The translations under genes were made by a program, and so were the position numbers. A DNA stretch of 63,684 nt, the filler included, from Globobulimina sp. (lineage: Eukaryota), in NCBI GenBank assembly GCA_003354225.1. It is 29 parts of 29 records of this genome, joined end to end, with 100 filler letters (N's around TTAATTAATTAA, not from the genome) between each part and the next. Parts side by side here need not be neighbours in the genome. Positions count along the whole stretch, not along the records: positions 11,004 to 13,103 come from PIVH01008994.1; positions 13,204 to 15,303 come from PIVH01008995.1; positions 15,404 to 17,503 come from PIVH01008996.1; positions 17,604 to 19,703 come from PIVH01008997.1; positions 19,804 to 21,903 come from PIVH01008998.1; positions 22,004 to 24,103 come from PIVH01008999.1; 23 more parts are not named here. One strand, 5' to 3'. Shown here piece after piece: positions 11,064 to 24,203 of this stretch (positions are counted from its first letter, which is position 1; each line of letters opens with the position of its first letter). The notes beneath the pieces are model-generated. The model made no database searches. It worked only from the letters and a program-made list of their open reading frames with translations, and was not told where the DNA came from.

Positions 11064-12272
11064 TCATGCAATGTGTTCCATATTAATGCATTCTATGTAT
11101 AACAAACAATTGTTGCTGGTTTTAAGAATGAGAGAGATTATAAACTCAACAAAATTTATAGATGTTCCGCTGTTCTTAGAATAGTTATAATTATATTCAT
11201 TCGCATTGTTGTTTTTATAGTTATTCATATTTTTAGCGGTCAAATCAAATACAACTAATTTCGACCCGGAACTAATATTTTGTTCAATTTCTGGTTTATG
11301 AAATAATAACACATATTCATGATTGATACCTTTCAATTTCTTTGTTACAAAAAGTAAATCATTTTGTTCCAAACATTCATTATTTAAATAATAATCACTT
11401 CCAAATGAAAACACAGCGTTTGGTTGCAAACATTTTGTTTTCTCGCAATATCTCACCTTTTCACCATCATTTGAGAAATTGAACATTTCCAACGATGTTG
11501 TACCATTATTTACAGACTGCCGAGTAAATACAAATAATAACGGCCGCTTCGAATGTAACTGTGTCTTTAATCGTAGCTGCTGCTGATCACCTTTTCCATG
11601 CTTGAACTTGATTGGTATAACATATTGTCTTTTAAATCGATACGATGCAATATCTGATGGATCAAAACGTAAAATGTTATCATTTTCTTTTTCTTTGCTC
11701 TCATATTTTCTCAATAACAGTTGAATTAAATTAACTTGAATATATTTTATAATATCATTTTGTTTTCCTGCGACAACAGCACGTAACCAAACCAATAAAG
11801 CTGTTTTTGACTGTTTCTTAAAATCTTTGTGATTATAATATAATTTGCAACATATAAATTCTTTCGATCCTCTCCATGTCGAACATTCATATCCTGTGTC
11901 TTGAGGATATCCAGCAATGTCTGAAAATTCAATCTCATGCTGTTCTTCCATAAATGCATCATTATCAATTGAAATATTGTCGAAAAATGGATCAATATCT
12001 TTTTTACACAATTCATCAATCACAATGTCGGGTACTTTTTTCTTTTGTTCTTCTTCATATTTTTGTTGTCTTTTTCTTTGGATGCTGTCCTTGGATGAAT
12101 TGGTTGAACTGCATTATAAATATTGCCTCTGTTAATCTTATATTGTTTTTTTGTTTCCTTTATATGAAACCTTTTTAAATTTACACGCTTTAATTAGCTT
12201 TTGTAGGCTCAATTGTAATAATTTCTTTCGTAACGACTTATTATCTAGAGACCAATCCACAACATTTGCCAT
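11064..12272 (-). CDS. Hypothetical protein with SAP-like N-terminus; exon structure unclear
   Basis: MANVVDW...LQKLIKACKFKKVSYKGNKK is in frame with the 319-aa ORF but separated by a short stop-containing stretch near 12110-12140. Confidence 0.4.
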
Positions 12273-12361
12273 GTTATTGTGCACAAAAATACTACTAAAA
12301 AAAGATGAATTTTTGAAGCAAAGTTTTTTGCAACACACTTTGAAATTTGTCTTATCTAATC

Positions 12362-13103
12362 ATGGCAGACGTTGCTACTGAGACTAAAGGAATGGACGTC
12401 GATTCCGACGAAAAAGACAAAAAAGATGACACCAAAGAAGAGAAAATGCAGATAGATTCCGATGATGAGGAGGAAGAAAAAATAGTCGACCCATCGCCCA
12501 CAAAAGAAATCGAAGAAAAAGTGAATATAATCTTGGCCGAAAGCGCTTCCTTATCCTCCTCCAATATCAGCGACACCATCGAGAAATTATTATATTTAGA
12601 AAAGAAACAACGCCAAGCCGAGCAGGAAGGGAATACCTTATTTATTTGTATATCCATATTGAATTTATGTAAATCCTCTGGTGATTGGAATTTAACCGTC
12701 GAACAAATCGCCATTTTATCCCGACGACGCAGTCAATTTCGAAGGGTCACAATGCGAATGGTTCAATATGCAATGGATTGGTTAGAGACTGAGCAAGATT
12801 TAAAAAACGATAAAAACAAAAAATTAAAATTAATAAACACATTAATAACCGTGACCGAAGGAAAAATATTCGTGGAGGTCGAACGTGCGCGTTTAACCCG
12901 GAAATTGTCGGAAATCAAAGAGAGAGAGGAAGGGAATATCGCCGATGCATGTGATATTTTGCAGGAATTACAAATTGAAACCTTTGGCTCGATGCGCAAG
13001 AAGGAAAAATGCGATTTTTTATTGGAACAATTCAGGTTAAATTTAGCCAAAAAAGATTTTATTCGTGCTATGATTGTACGAAATAAAATCACGGTGAAAA
13101 TCA
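12362..13103 (+). CDS. RPN5: 26S proteasome lid subunit RPN5/PSMD12, 5' partial
   Basis: LEKKQRQAE, VTEGKIFVEVERARLTRKL, ILQELQIETFGSM motifs. Confidence 0.95.
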
Positions 13104-13339
13104 NNNNNNNNNNNNNNNNNNNNNNNNNNNNNNNNNNNNNNNNNNNNTTAATTAATTAANNNNNNNNNNNNNNNNNNNNNNNNNNNNNNNNNNNNNNNNN
13201 NNNCCATAGGTTTTAAAAATTTTCTAAAACGCGGTGTTTCAAACAGGTCATATTCTAAAGTAGTATAATAGTTTTGTATGCGATCATGTTGTTGGGATTA
13301 AGCCATGTCGTGCGGTCGTCGTCTAGTATGAATTTGTTA

Positions 13340-13380
13340 GGAAGGAAAATAGGTTATAAAAAAATGTTAAAAGATAGCAT
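13340..13380 (+). mobile_element. Solo terminal inverted repeat of the 17145-17431 MITE family
   Basis: GGAAGGAAAATAGGTTATAAAAAAATGTTAAAAGATA closely matches both TIRs of the element at 17145. Confidence 0.75.
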
Positions 13381-13734
13381 TGATATAATATAGTGAGTTT
13401 CTGTGAGTTTCTGTGAGTTATTAGACGAACGTATTGTTTAAAAAAAAATAATAGATGTATTATAAATGTACATTTTGTGCATTTTAATGATATCGATATT
13501 GATATTGATTGTACGCATAATTTCGTTGATATATAGAGGTAAAAGCTAATGGCGAGGTGTTAGATAAGATCCTGAAAAAAAAAACCTTTTCAAACAGCAA
13601 AAAAATTCAGTACTTATCGGAGAGCCATATTGGTACTGTAAATATTTCATAGATGGAGTTGGAATAAATATTTTACATATTTTGCTGTTGATGACTTGAT
13701 GTGATGTAACACATTTCATAATCGTCGAGAAAAA

Positions 13735-15150
13735 ATGTTAACGACTCCATCGCCTCAATCTAAATCTAGTGTGTTCTCATCTGTATTATTATCGGATGAG
13801 ATTGGCAATTCCCACTCCCACAAGAAAAGATTTAGTAATTTTAGTTTTGCGTCACGAGCAAACGAAGTTGCACCAACTGATTCTAGTGTAGATATATCAT
13901 TTGATGATGACGATGATGTTTCAGATTCCTATATGGAGTCATCTGAGTCATTAGAAATGTCGCCACAAGAATTCAATGCCAAACCATTGTCATGGAGGGT
14001 GTCGTATGTCGTAATGCGACAATTTCAAGCAAATTTACATAGAGAAAGAACTGAACATAGCCACGAAAGGAAACAATGCGTATCGTCAGCAGCTACATTA
14101 ACTATCGCAGGAAATACAGAAAACACGAAAACGAATAACATATCAAATCATGTCGACTTAGCCACACAATCCAATTTCTACGATATCGACGCATCGCACA
14201 AGAAACGATTAGCGAGAGCATCATTTTTCAAATCAGCATTACCTGACAAGAATCAGTTGAAATTAGCAAATAAGCGGAGATGCTGTGTGTTTATGGATAA
14301 ATATGTATTAACTCCGGACCATTTATTACGACAAGTTTGGGATATCGCTGTTTTATTTTTATTATTGTATACGTTGATTTTTTTGCCATTAAAGGTGGCA
14401 TTTTATAGCAATACCAATCAAACCGAAAAAAGAAGCATTGAACCAGGCGATATTGCTGTGGACATTTTATTTTTCATAGATATTATAATGTCGTTTGTGA
14501 CCGCCATGAAATTGCCGGACGGCACATTAATTCGGAGATTTGATGACATTGCAATCTCATATCTAAAAACGTGGTTTATTCTCGATGTTATTGCAACTTT
14601 TCCATTTTATTTGATTGGATCGTCAAATTTAGAGCGAATTGCTCCCCTTATTCGCATACCGAGATTATTGAAAATGTTACGTTTAGTTCGTTTGGTAAAA
14701 CTTGTTCGAGCCTATCGATTAAAGAAATTCTTTGAAAAAGTTGAATATTCACCAAAAATACATCAGGGTTTCATTCGAATTATTAAATTGTTGCTATTAG
14801 TTATTTGTTTTGCTCATTTTAGTGCCTGTTTATGGTTCTTTATTGGCGATTTATCAGAAGATTCGCATGGATTTTCCTGGATTTCTGACATAGAATCTGT
14901 TTATGGCGGAGTCAAAGACGAATCCACCTCAATTCAATACATTGCATCGCTGTATTTTGCAATTTCAACATTATCCACAGTCGGCTTCGGCGACATTACG
15001 CCGCAAAATGGCGTAGAAATGGGATTTGCCATAATATTGATGCTTATCGGTGCGACTACGTTCAGTTACATCACCGCAACAATATCGTCAGTGATGCACG
15101 ACTTTGATCTGAAAGCATCTCTGTATCGCAGTAAAATGGCCAATTTGGTC
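13735..15150 (+). CDS. KCNH/CNG-family voltage-gated potassium channel, 3' truncated before the cNMP domain
   Basis: IAISYLKTWFILDVIATFPF, S4 segment RLLKMLRLVRLVKL, selectivity filter STVGFGDITP. Confidence 0.9.
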
Positions 15151-15403
15151 ATGAAAGATTAGATTATTTTCAATTTTTCGAACAATATGCTGATACTTTA
15201 CAGCGACTAATTGTTGCTCTTCAGCATTCTCTGCAGCCCCGGCGACAGAGAATGTCAATTGATCTGTAAATGGGCTCAGATCAGGGTCACAGTTTGCATC
15301 AGGNNNNNNNNNNNNNNNNNNNNNNNNNNNNNNNNNNNNNNNNNNNNTTAATTAATTAANNNNNNNNNNNNNNNNNNNNNNNNNNNNNNNNNNNNNNNNN
15401 NNN

Positions 15404-15600
15404 TGTCGTTGTTTCAATAAATTCTTATTACAAAAGATTGGTTTAATTAATGTTGAATATCTTTGTATTTGTTTGCTAAAAATCTCTTTCTTTTTAATAT
15501 ATTTTACATTTAGCCATTCACCCTCATCATCTATAAATATTTCAATTATTTCACCCAATATCCACTCACTTGCTACATCCGAATAAACCAAACATTTTGA
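15404..15600 (-). CDS. Tudor/SH3-like domain fragment
   Basis: VYSDVASEWILGEIIEIFIDDEGEWLNVKY. Confidence 0.45.
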
Positions 15601-15874
15601 TCCAATAATCCATGATTCTCGGTATTCATTTTCATCCTCAAATTTATCACTTGTTGGTGCCTGAATTAATAATTATAAACCACAATATGCATGTTATACT
15701 TATACAAATACATATACATCGGACCTGTGATGTGGCTTCAGACATATTGGTATTATGCAGGTACAACCTGCCTTATGTAAGGGACTTACCAACACTTGGC
15801 AAAGAGTTAAGTCTGTAAGTTACGAAAGATGTTAGATGTTTGTCGACGTGTTTTAACTTTTAACAAAAAACATG

Positions 15875-16800
15875 TCAGTCTTTCCTTTTAGGCTCACCGT
15901 AACCAAATACAAAAGGTTGTCCTCCTGTTCTCGATGATTGTTTGCCTAACACATAAATCGGAGTAAATTTATATTTAACTCCATCATCATTCCCATAACA
16001 AATCTGTTGAAAATAAAATTTTTCATCACTCAACAATGACTTCGTAGCATCCTCTTCATTGCAATAAAATATATAATCATTCTCTTCAAAATAGCCAAAT
16101 TTATCAAAAAATTCTATCTTTTGCTTCTCACTCCATTCCCATTCATATTGCTCACATCTCTCATTCACTAAATCTATGACCTCACTCCAATTTATATTAT
16201 TTTTTTCGTTTTCATTTTTATCATATAAATACATTAACAAATTAATAAATAAATGGCCGATATCATTTTTATATTTTGAATGCATCCAATCCGCAACAAC
16301 CTCTTCTGGAGATTTGTCGGCTTGATTTTGAATCTCATTTGCTTTATTCATTATTTTTAAGATGAGAAATCCGTTGGACTTCAGTAGAGAGCATATTTGC
16401 ATTAAAAAAGTATCCCATTTCTCAAATGGTAACAGATTTAAATGTCCATCGATCGATAATATTAAATCGAATTTTTCTTTTGATAAAATCGCATTTTTAT
16501 CCATGTTTAAAATATCACATTCAATTAATTGCTCAGTATTGTTGTTTATATATTTTTTATATTTCATATTATTTCTTTGCAATTCCATTTTAGATTTATT
16601 ATAATCACAACAGATCACATTTTTATTTGTAATAAATGCAATATCTCGCAATGCTGGATTTGAACCAATAATTAATACGTTTTTATGTCGGGGTAACATT
16701 TCTAAAAAATTCAGGAATTTTGCAATCTCGGATCTGTCAGGTTTTGTGGGATAACTCCATTTATCGAAACTTTCATGATATAATTTATGAGTTTGTGTTT
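15875..16800 (-). CDS. Class I SAM-dependent methyltransferase (start probably in an upstream exon)
   Basis: VLIIGSNP motif I, CCDYN, ECDILNM, FDLILS, LLKSNGFLIL. Confidence 0.7.
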
Positions 16801-17144
16801 CTGTGTTATAAACTTATAATGGATATTGTGTTTATTTACCTAACTTAGAAATAAATTCATTCACATCATCATTATGTTTATCATCCGCAAGAACATTGAA
16901 ATGATTTAAAAAGCAATTATTTTGGGAATGATTAATCCAAATCAACGTTGATAAAGGAACGGTAAATGGTATGCTTTTGCGGAAAAGTCTGTAGCTGTTA
17001 AATGATCATGAATGGAATAAGAGCATTGAGTTTACAAGAAAGATACCTATTTGCCATGCTTTCAGTTGAGCGCTACCGGAAAATAGTAGCTAGGGTTACT
17101 ACATCATTAACAGAATCTGGATATAAACTTCTTTTCCACAGTTG

Positions 17145-17431
17145 GGAAGGAAAATAGGTTAAAAATATAATGTTAAAAGAGTCGCCCATCTAGTGAATTG
17201 ATTGGATTCTTAGTGAACATTTTAAGGTTTTTCATAGAATGTTAAAAACAAAAACTTTACTTTAATCGTTTAGATTTCTAAAAAAACATGCTCGCAAGCA
17301 TAATAAACTAGGCCGGGGCTAATATACCCTATAATTAACATTTCATATTTCATCATGCAGTAAAAAATGTTTTTAACATTATTAATAAAATGTTATCTTT
17401 CAACATTTTATTTATAACCTATTTTCCTTCC
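17145..17431. mobile_element. MITE (287 bp) with GG...CC termini and 8-bp TSD CACAGTTG (Merlin-like signature)
   Basis: TIR GGAAGGAAAATAGGTTA... at 17145 and inverted ...TAACCTATTTTCCTTCC ending at 17431; CACAGTTG at 17137-17144 and 17432-17439. Confidence 0.85.
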
Positions 17432-17603
17432 CACAGTTGTAATTTTCTCTCATTTTCAGACATCGCGTTTTGAAGCACTCAATACAACTAAAAAGAACAA
17501 ATANNNNNNNNNNNNNNNNNNNNNNNNNNNNNNNNNNNNNNNNNNNNTTAATTAATTAANNNNNNNNNNNNNNNNNNNNNNNNNNNNNNNNNNNNNNNNN
17601 NNN

Positions 17604-18262
17604 TAAATATACGCATCATTTCCTAATGACACACTGTGCGCGTTCTTTCCATTTGGAACATATTTAGTTTGGTCCATTGTGAATAAGTTCTGTGATGGCA
17701 AATTATTAATATTTGTGGGAGAGTTCAAATCTCCGTGAATATATTCCAATATTTTCCCCGCTAAATCAAAATTACAATCATTAATCCACGGATATTTAAA
17801 TTGGTTACATTCATTTCCATAAAAACTATACACATTTAATTAGGATATTAATTATTTTACACATCATTCATGGATTAATTCATACTTTGTAACCATGCCA
17901 TGTTCCGACTCTTCAGATTGCATAAAACTTGTTTGTGTCCCATATGCTTTGTAATAATTTTGAGCGGATTGGACCATTGCTGTTGGAACCACTGTATCTA
18001 AAATATTATATATATTATGATATTTCAATGATATTTTCAAATTAAATACCTTTTACACCGGAATATAAATAAACTTTTTGAGTCTTGATATTGTTTGGAT
18101 CATCAATATGTCCGTCATTATAAAATATTTGTGTCTTAGCTTGTAGTCCAGTGATATTTATTTGTCCTGGTTTTTTTTCACAATTTGGGTCTGACATACA
18201 ATTATAAGCAGCGCCTGCTATCAATCCGACACCTAAGATATTGGAACTAAATGCAACTCCAT
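17604..18262 (-). CDS. Extracellular poly(3-hydroxybutyrate) depolymerase-like esterase, internal fragment with 2 introns
   Basis: VAFSS..GVGLIAG..Y.C, IDDPNNIK..KVYLYSGVKDTVVP, EHGMVT, PWINDCNFDLAGKILEYIHG. Confidence 0.8.
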
Positions 18263-18640
18263 CTTCAAAAAAATAATGTGATATTAATAGCTTATTTTTA
18301 AATATTATGTGACATACGTTGTGTAACAAAACATCCGCCCGATGAAAAACCAGACACGCCATATGGCTGAATCGCACCCAAAGATATTGCTATGTTGAGA
18401 AACAAAATGCAAAAAGACCACATGTTCTCAAGTAAGAAAACTATTCTTCATAATCTTATAATCAACACATAATTATAGTGTTGAAACAGTAGGCGTTGTT
18501 GTATCGCATCCCATTGTAATGAATCAGGCCATTAATTTAGGCAGTATTTGGGCGGATGAATTTGATGCTACAATTCGAAATTTAGTGGTGAAACAACATT
18601 CTGGTATTTTTATATTATTTCATAACTTATATTGTTGTAA

Positions 18641-19371
18641 GGAATTACATCTGCGATTGGGACGACAGGTGGACGACACGTAGTGGTGGCGACTGGGTGT
18701 GGGCTGGGATTGGCAGTGGAATTGATGGAGATTGCAGTGTCCGACCAGCTTTGAGTAGTTGGGCCTGGATTGGAGAGAAAGATCCAGACTCATTGCTGTG
18801 GACCGACTATAAAATAGAAATGGTCATAAATTTAATGTAAATTCAGTACCGCAACATATGTGATGTGGATAACTAGTTTAATAACACAAACATATGTGAT
18901 GTGATGTGATGTGATGTTATGTGAATATTAAACTAGTCGTCGTATCTATTATTTTCATATATATGTTGTGGTATTGTTATAAGATCTGGAGCTTCTGTTG
19001 GACATCTTTTCCGCGCAACGAATCTCGATTGTGATGCGAATGACTGTGGCAATGCTTACTTACTCAAACTGAAGACCGATGGATATGACTTTGTTAAGTT
19101 TAACAACAGCATCAGCCGTATTTTACTATATAATCATTCGATGGGTACAGGAGCACATTCATTGGGTATACTGTATTTAGTTCGCGTTGAATGTGTTGGA
19201 AATACCTTCAAAATTTATGAAGAAAATGAATATTTATTCACTTATTCAGATGATAGTTATGCCGTCGGATCTGTTGGCTTTAGAACGGGTCAAAGTGAAG
19301 CCAGAATATCTAAAATGCTGATTACGTTTCCGCAGAGTCAACAAAGAGATAGAATACAGATTAAAATGTAG
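18641..19371 (+). CDS. Concanavalin-A-like/DUF1080-type domain protein, C-terminal exons (possibly frameshifted)
   Basis: WTDYKIEM, GHLFRA, VECVGNTFKIY, DDSYAVGSVGFRT. Confidence 0.5.
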
Positions 19372-19803
19372 ATTTAATGTGTTTCCTGAGAATTTGGCGT
19401 GAATGTATGCTAAATCTATGTATACCAAATCAATGCAGCCATGAATCATCCTGGATCTATCTGTATAGGATTCTTGTTGATTCCATATGATTCAAAGTAA
19501 CATAGAATCTTTTCGATATGCCGGGACAAATGGAAAGCGATAATGTCAGCCGTGTTGAGATATATCTAGATACTCACTTTGTCCGTGTCGAGTATACTAC
19601 ATTTTGGAAACACCTTGTTTTTGAAAAAAATTAATGTATACAGTTTCACTTTCAAAAGAAAAATGTTTCACACAAGTATATGGAGATATATCTCTGACTT
19701 ATANNNNNNNNNNNNNNNNNNNNNNNNNNNNNNNNNNNNNNNNNNNNTTAATTAATTAANNNNNNNNNNNNNNNNNNNNNNNNNNNNNNNNNNNNNNNNN
19801 NNN

Positions 19804-21829
19804 TGAATTTAATGATATTTGCCAGAAATTACACAAATTACAATGGCTAAAAATATTAGAATCGGTATTCATAAATGTTGGATATAACCATATCAAATAT
19901 GAATTATTTCGAAATTATCAAGCACGAAAATCAAACAATATCATCAATTATTCCTTATTTGAACAGCCATTGTTAAATAAATTCAAAACGTGGGTCAATC
20001 AAATATTAATTAAATGGCTGCATATCATCACAAATGACAATGTCTGCCCCGACACTGATATTGATATGAAAAACAATGCAAATTTATATCATACACCGTC
20101 AAAGAAACAAAATCCGCAAAATCTGCAAAATAAAACCAGAATTTCATTAAACTTAAAATCGAGTACGACTGCAACAGCAACAGCAAAAAAACTATTTTTA
20201 ACAGATTTATCCCACAAAATTGAATATTTCGTGTATGAGAAATTCGGCGAGATGCGCACCATGGAAATGTTTGATATAATCAGTGATTATCCCGACTCAT
20301 TGTCCGCATTGAAAGATTTACGGCAATGTCTACATATTACCTCCGAGTGGCGAGCTTTGCAGGTTTCCATGTTACAAACCTTCAAAAAACGCTTATTACA
20401 CACCGGGGCCGCCTCTGCTGACATAATCCGACAATACATTGCCAGCATAAAAGCACTTAAATATTTAGATGGCACAGGGATCACTTTGGAAATTGTGGGT
20501 GAACCCATTCGAATCTATTTACGTGAACGCGATGATGCCATCCGCTGCGTCGTGAGCCATTTAATGGAGAATGACACCTGTTTACTGCGCGAATTTCAAG
20601 ACAAATTGATGAAAAAAACTGATTTATGCAACAGTGAGGACCTTGGCATGACGCGAGATGTGAATGGCGAGGTGGCGTCGAGCAGCGACGAAGACAGCGA
20701 TGCTGAGTCTGATGCGAAACAATGGTCGCCGGCTCCTTTGGATTCCATGTTTGCCAAAACGTCCATTTTCAAACGCAACTCGGACACAATTGGTTTGTTG
20801 GTGAAAATCTTTGGCAGTCGCGAGATTTTTGTGGAAGAATATAGGAAGTTGTTAGGCGACCGCTTTCTGAACAGACAGGAGAATTATTTTGATATCGATG
20901 TGGAGACAGAATATTTGGAGCTGATGAAGTTGCGGTTTGGCGAGGAATGTATGCAAGATTGCAATGTCATGGTTGGAGACATTATTAACTCCAAAAGAGA
21001 TACGGATAACATCCAATCTTTGATGAATAAGCAAGAAATGCTGAGTGCGACTATTATTTCCTCGCAGTACTGGCCGCAAATCGATTGCGATAAGTTGGAC
21101 AAACAAAAGGTTTTAGCTTATAAGTTGCCGAAAGATATGGGAATATTATACGACATATTTGAGAAAACGTATGCAAAAATTAAGAAGCCGCGGGAGATTT
21201 TTTGGTTGGGCAATTACGGAAATGTGGATTTGGAGATCGAATTAAATGAACAAGTGTTGAAAATCAAGACGAAACCGATGAATGCGTCGTTGTTGATGGT
21301 GATTTATGAGTATTTTGAGGAGGAAAAGGAAGATTGTATCGGTGTCAAGACGTTGTGTGAGAAGATTGGGGTTAATGAGGATGGTTTGGATGGTATTTTG
21401 CCGGCATTGCAGTACTGGATCAAAAGAGGAATTGTTAAGAAAGTATTTGGTGACAATGACTTGATTGGATACCGATTGGCCAATGGTAAAAGTGAGGAAA
21501 TTTATGCGCTGAATTGTTTGAACAAGAAATCAAATGACAATGTGCATTATAATATGGATGGACAGGACGAGGATTCGTATGTGAACAATGTGAATACATT
21601 TAATCTGGAAAAGGAAAGCATTTCTGCCGATTTTGAACGCACTGTGCTTGGCGTTTTGACTGTATTTCAGGGCTCGCCCATTGAGAGAATAATTACTTTA
21701 TTGAAGCAAATGAAATTACATCCGTTGTATGCTAAGATTACGATAAATCAATTACAAAATGTTTTGGATAAATTGACAAATGAAAAACGTGTTATATTTG
21801 AAGATGGAATGTATAAAAGATCGAGATAA
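19804..21829 (+). CDS. ANAPC2: Anaphase-promoting complex subunit 2 (cullin-like), 5' partial
   Basis: RLLHTGAASADIIRQYI, W.P.P.D, FVEEYRKLLGDRFL, ELMKLRFGE, IISSQYWP, C-terminal winged-helix. Confidence 0.92.
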
Positions 21830-22003
21830 CTTTTAGTATACGGAGTTTTGACGTAATTGTTTGCGATTATATATATCGTTTTTTTCTATATTATAATGAG
21901 CATNNNNNNNNNNNNNNNNNNNNNNNNNNNNNNNNNNNNNNNNNNNNTTAATTAATTAANNNNNNNNNNNNNNNNNNNNNNNNNNNNNNNNNNNNNNNNN
22001 NNN

Positions 22004-22373
22004 TATTTTTGATTCTATCATGTAATTCAAATAATTTTTCTTTGGTATCTACTTTCAATGCAATATGATGTAAACCAATATTCTGTTTTCTATCAAATGA
22101 AACTGGATTTTCATGTGGTATCTGCCATAATGTTAATATTGATACCCCATCGCTAATAAATTTAGCTGGATATGAGTCATCGCCACCAATTTGTTCCCAG
22201 CCAAGTTTATTAAAAAAATTATCATATGTTTCAGTCAATGAAACTACAGATAATCCGACATGACTAAATCCAACAGTTCCATTTCTTACAATCCTAAGCG
22301 GCGAACAACATCTCTTTTGTAAAATACATCCGTTCAGTCCCAAATATGATCTCCTTCCAAGCCGTTGCAACAT
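22004..22373 (-). CDS. VOC/glyoxalase-family protein with possible mitochondrial presequence, 3' partial
   Basis: HVGLSV, FF..LGW, LTLWQ, FDRKQNIGLHHIALKV; Arg-rich N-terminus. Confidence 0.8.
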
Positions 22374-22477
22374 TGTTTTTAAAGATGAACACAAAAACTA
22401 CACTGTTTCTCCCTAAGACAAACAAATGTTATTATAACTTATTACGCGCTACGTGAGAATAATCTTTTTTATATTAT

Positions 22478-22745
22478 TTCGTATCGAATGTGTCTAATGA
22501 TAGCCTGTTCGCAGAGATTTAGTTTCAAATTTCAATTATGAGACTAAACGCTATCAAAAACTAGCTAACTTTGTTAGACCTCCCTAGGAGAGTAAGACTT
22601 CTGTACCGTTTTGGTATTTGGTCTTTATACTCTACATATATTCGGAGTTATGCATCTGAATATATGACATAGTTGGGTATTGGTTTATAATCACCCAATT
22701 ATTCAGAGTCTAGTTTTCCACCAATCGTTGGGACTTGTCCCGCTT
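22478..22745 (+). ncRNA. Putative structured non-coding RNA of unknown family
   Basis: At least 8 nested complementary segments; mismatches in the three longest stems are G-U on the + strand; UUCG tetraloop. Confidence 0.45.
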
Positions 22746-22833
22746 AATCATTCTATAATAACATATATTTTTCACTACATACTAAATATCATTATATACA
22801 GTATACATATACAATATACAATATACAATATAA

Positions 22834-24103
22834 TTATATACAATATTCATCGTCGCATCGATTGCTTTCAACCATAAATAAATCTAATTTTACAACACGC
22901 GATGATGAATCATCCGAAACATAGTCATTTTGTTGATATCTCTCATTGAGAGTATATGCATTTATATCATATCCATTCATCATATCAGCAATAATCCAGG
23001 TAATATTTTCATTTCTTTTCTTTTCTCCGTTGTTATTTGCTGTAAAATATAATTTTAATAAATATTCAAATTGATATCTTAACAAATGTCCTTTTGCTTT
23101 ACTGATGGATGAAACCATTGCATTTATGAATGATTTTATTTTAAAATTGTTGCTGTATTTAAATGTAAAATAATTCTGTTTTGTATTATCTATAAATGGA
23201 TATGGCGCTTCATTCAAATTCGATAAATAGTATCGTTCTTATTTGATATAAACTGCTGTGTATCATACAAAACAATATCAAACCAAACATAATCTCCCAC
23301 TCCATCTCTCCATTTCTTTCGTTTGTAATAGTCATACTCATATAATTCAATATTATTTGCTGGAACAATATTTTCAAATAATTTTGCAATTTTTATTCGA
23401 ACCGAACCACTTAATGAAGTGTGGAATGTTTTCATTTTTAACAAATCGCCATTAAATCCATCAATAAATCTCAATGTTGTTTGCAAATCTTCATCAAATA
23501 TTTCCCTTTCTTGTTGATTTGGAAATTTTGATTTATAATATTTGCAAACAGCTTTTTTTAATGACTCTGTATTTCCATTATAATGAATTGGTGCATTTAC
23601 TACATTTTTACAAAATTCCTGAGCAGTAAAATGAAATGGATCCAATTTTTGTGCACAAATTTCTGTGGTTTCAGCTATTTTACTTGTTTTATTAAACCAT
23701 TCATGTTTGGGATTTAATTGTACCGAACTGTAACCAAAATAATCTAACAATCCTTTGTTCCCAATTGAATGATCAGCAATTAATTGCATTCGTTCATATT
23801 CGCTATGTTTATAAATGCATAATTTGGGACAATTACTATCATAATTCATTTGTTTTAATATTAATAATAACTGTTTATGCCACTCATTGTCCAGACTATC
23901 AATATAAATATATTTAAACTCAATATATTGCAATACATTCAAGTATGAAATGTCTTTATTATATAATAAGAATTGAACCACATTGCATTGTTGTTTTAAT
24001 ACATCAAAATATTCCAATACCATCAACTTATAATTGTCTGCTTTTAGTTTCGTAATTGTATCAGTATCGATATTGAATTTCCTTGCATCCGTTTCTGTGC
24101 TTA
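22834..24103 (-). CDS. Hypothetical protein, C-terminal part, split into two ORFs at 23214-23217 (probable frameshift)
   Basis: 270-aa and 127-aa ORFs abut with an overlapping stop/start; no motif recognised. Confidence 0.4.
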
Positions 24104-24203
24104 NNNNNNNNNNNNNNNNNNNNNNNNNNNNNNNNNNNNNNNNNNNNTTAATTAATTAANNNNNNNNNNNNNNNNNNNNNNNNNNNNNNNNNNNNNNNNN
24201 NNN

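Noticed and set aside
12105-12145. TAA-to-Gln reassignment suggested by three in-frame TAA between two in-frame segments
   Set aside because: TAA terminates many conserved genes here (APC2, TMCO1, DUSP) and long ORFs contain none; a degenerate intron or error is likelier
22490-22745. Assignment of the structured segment to RNase P/MRP, a group I intron or telomerase RNA
   Set aside because: Only partial motif resemblances (GAGACTA/CATAGT, GGGACTT); required partner motifs or a template were not found
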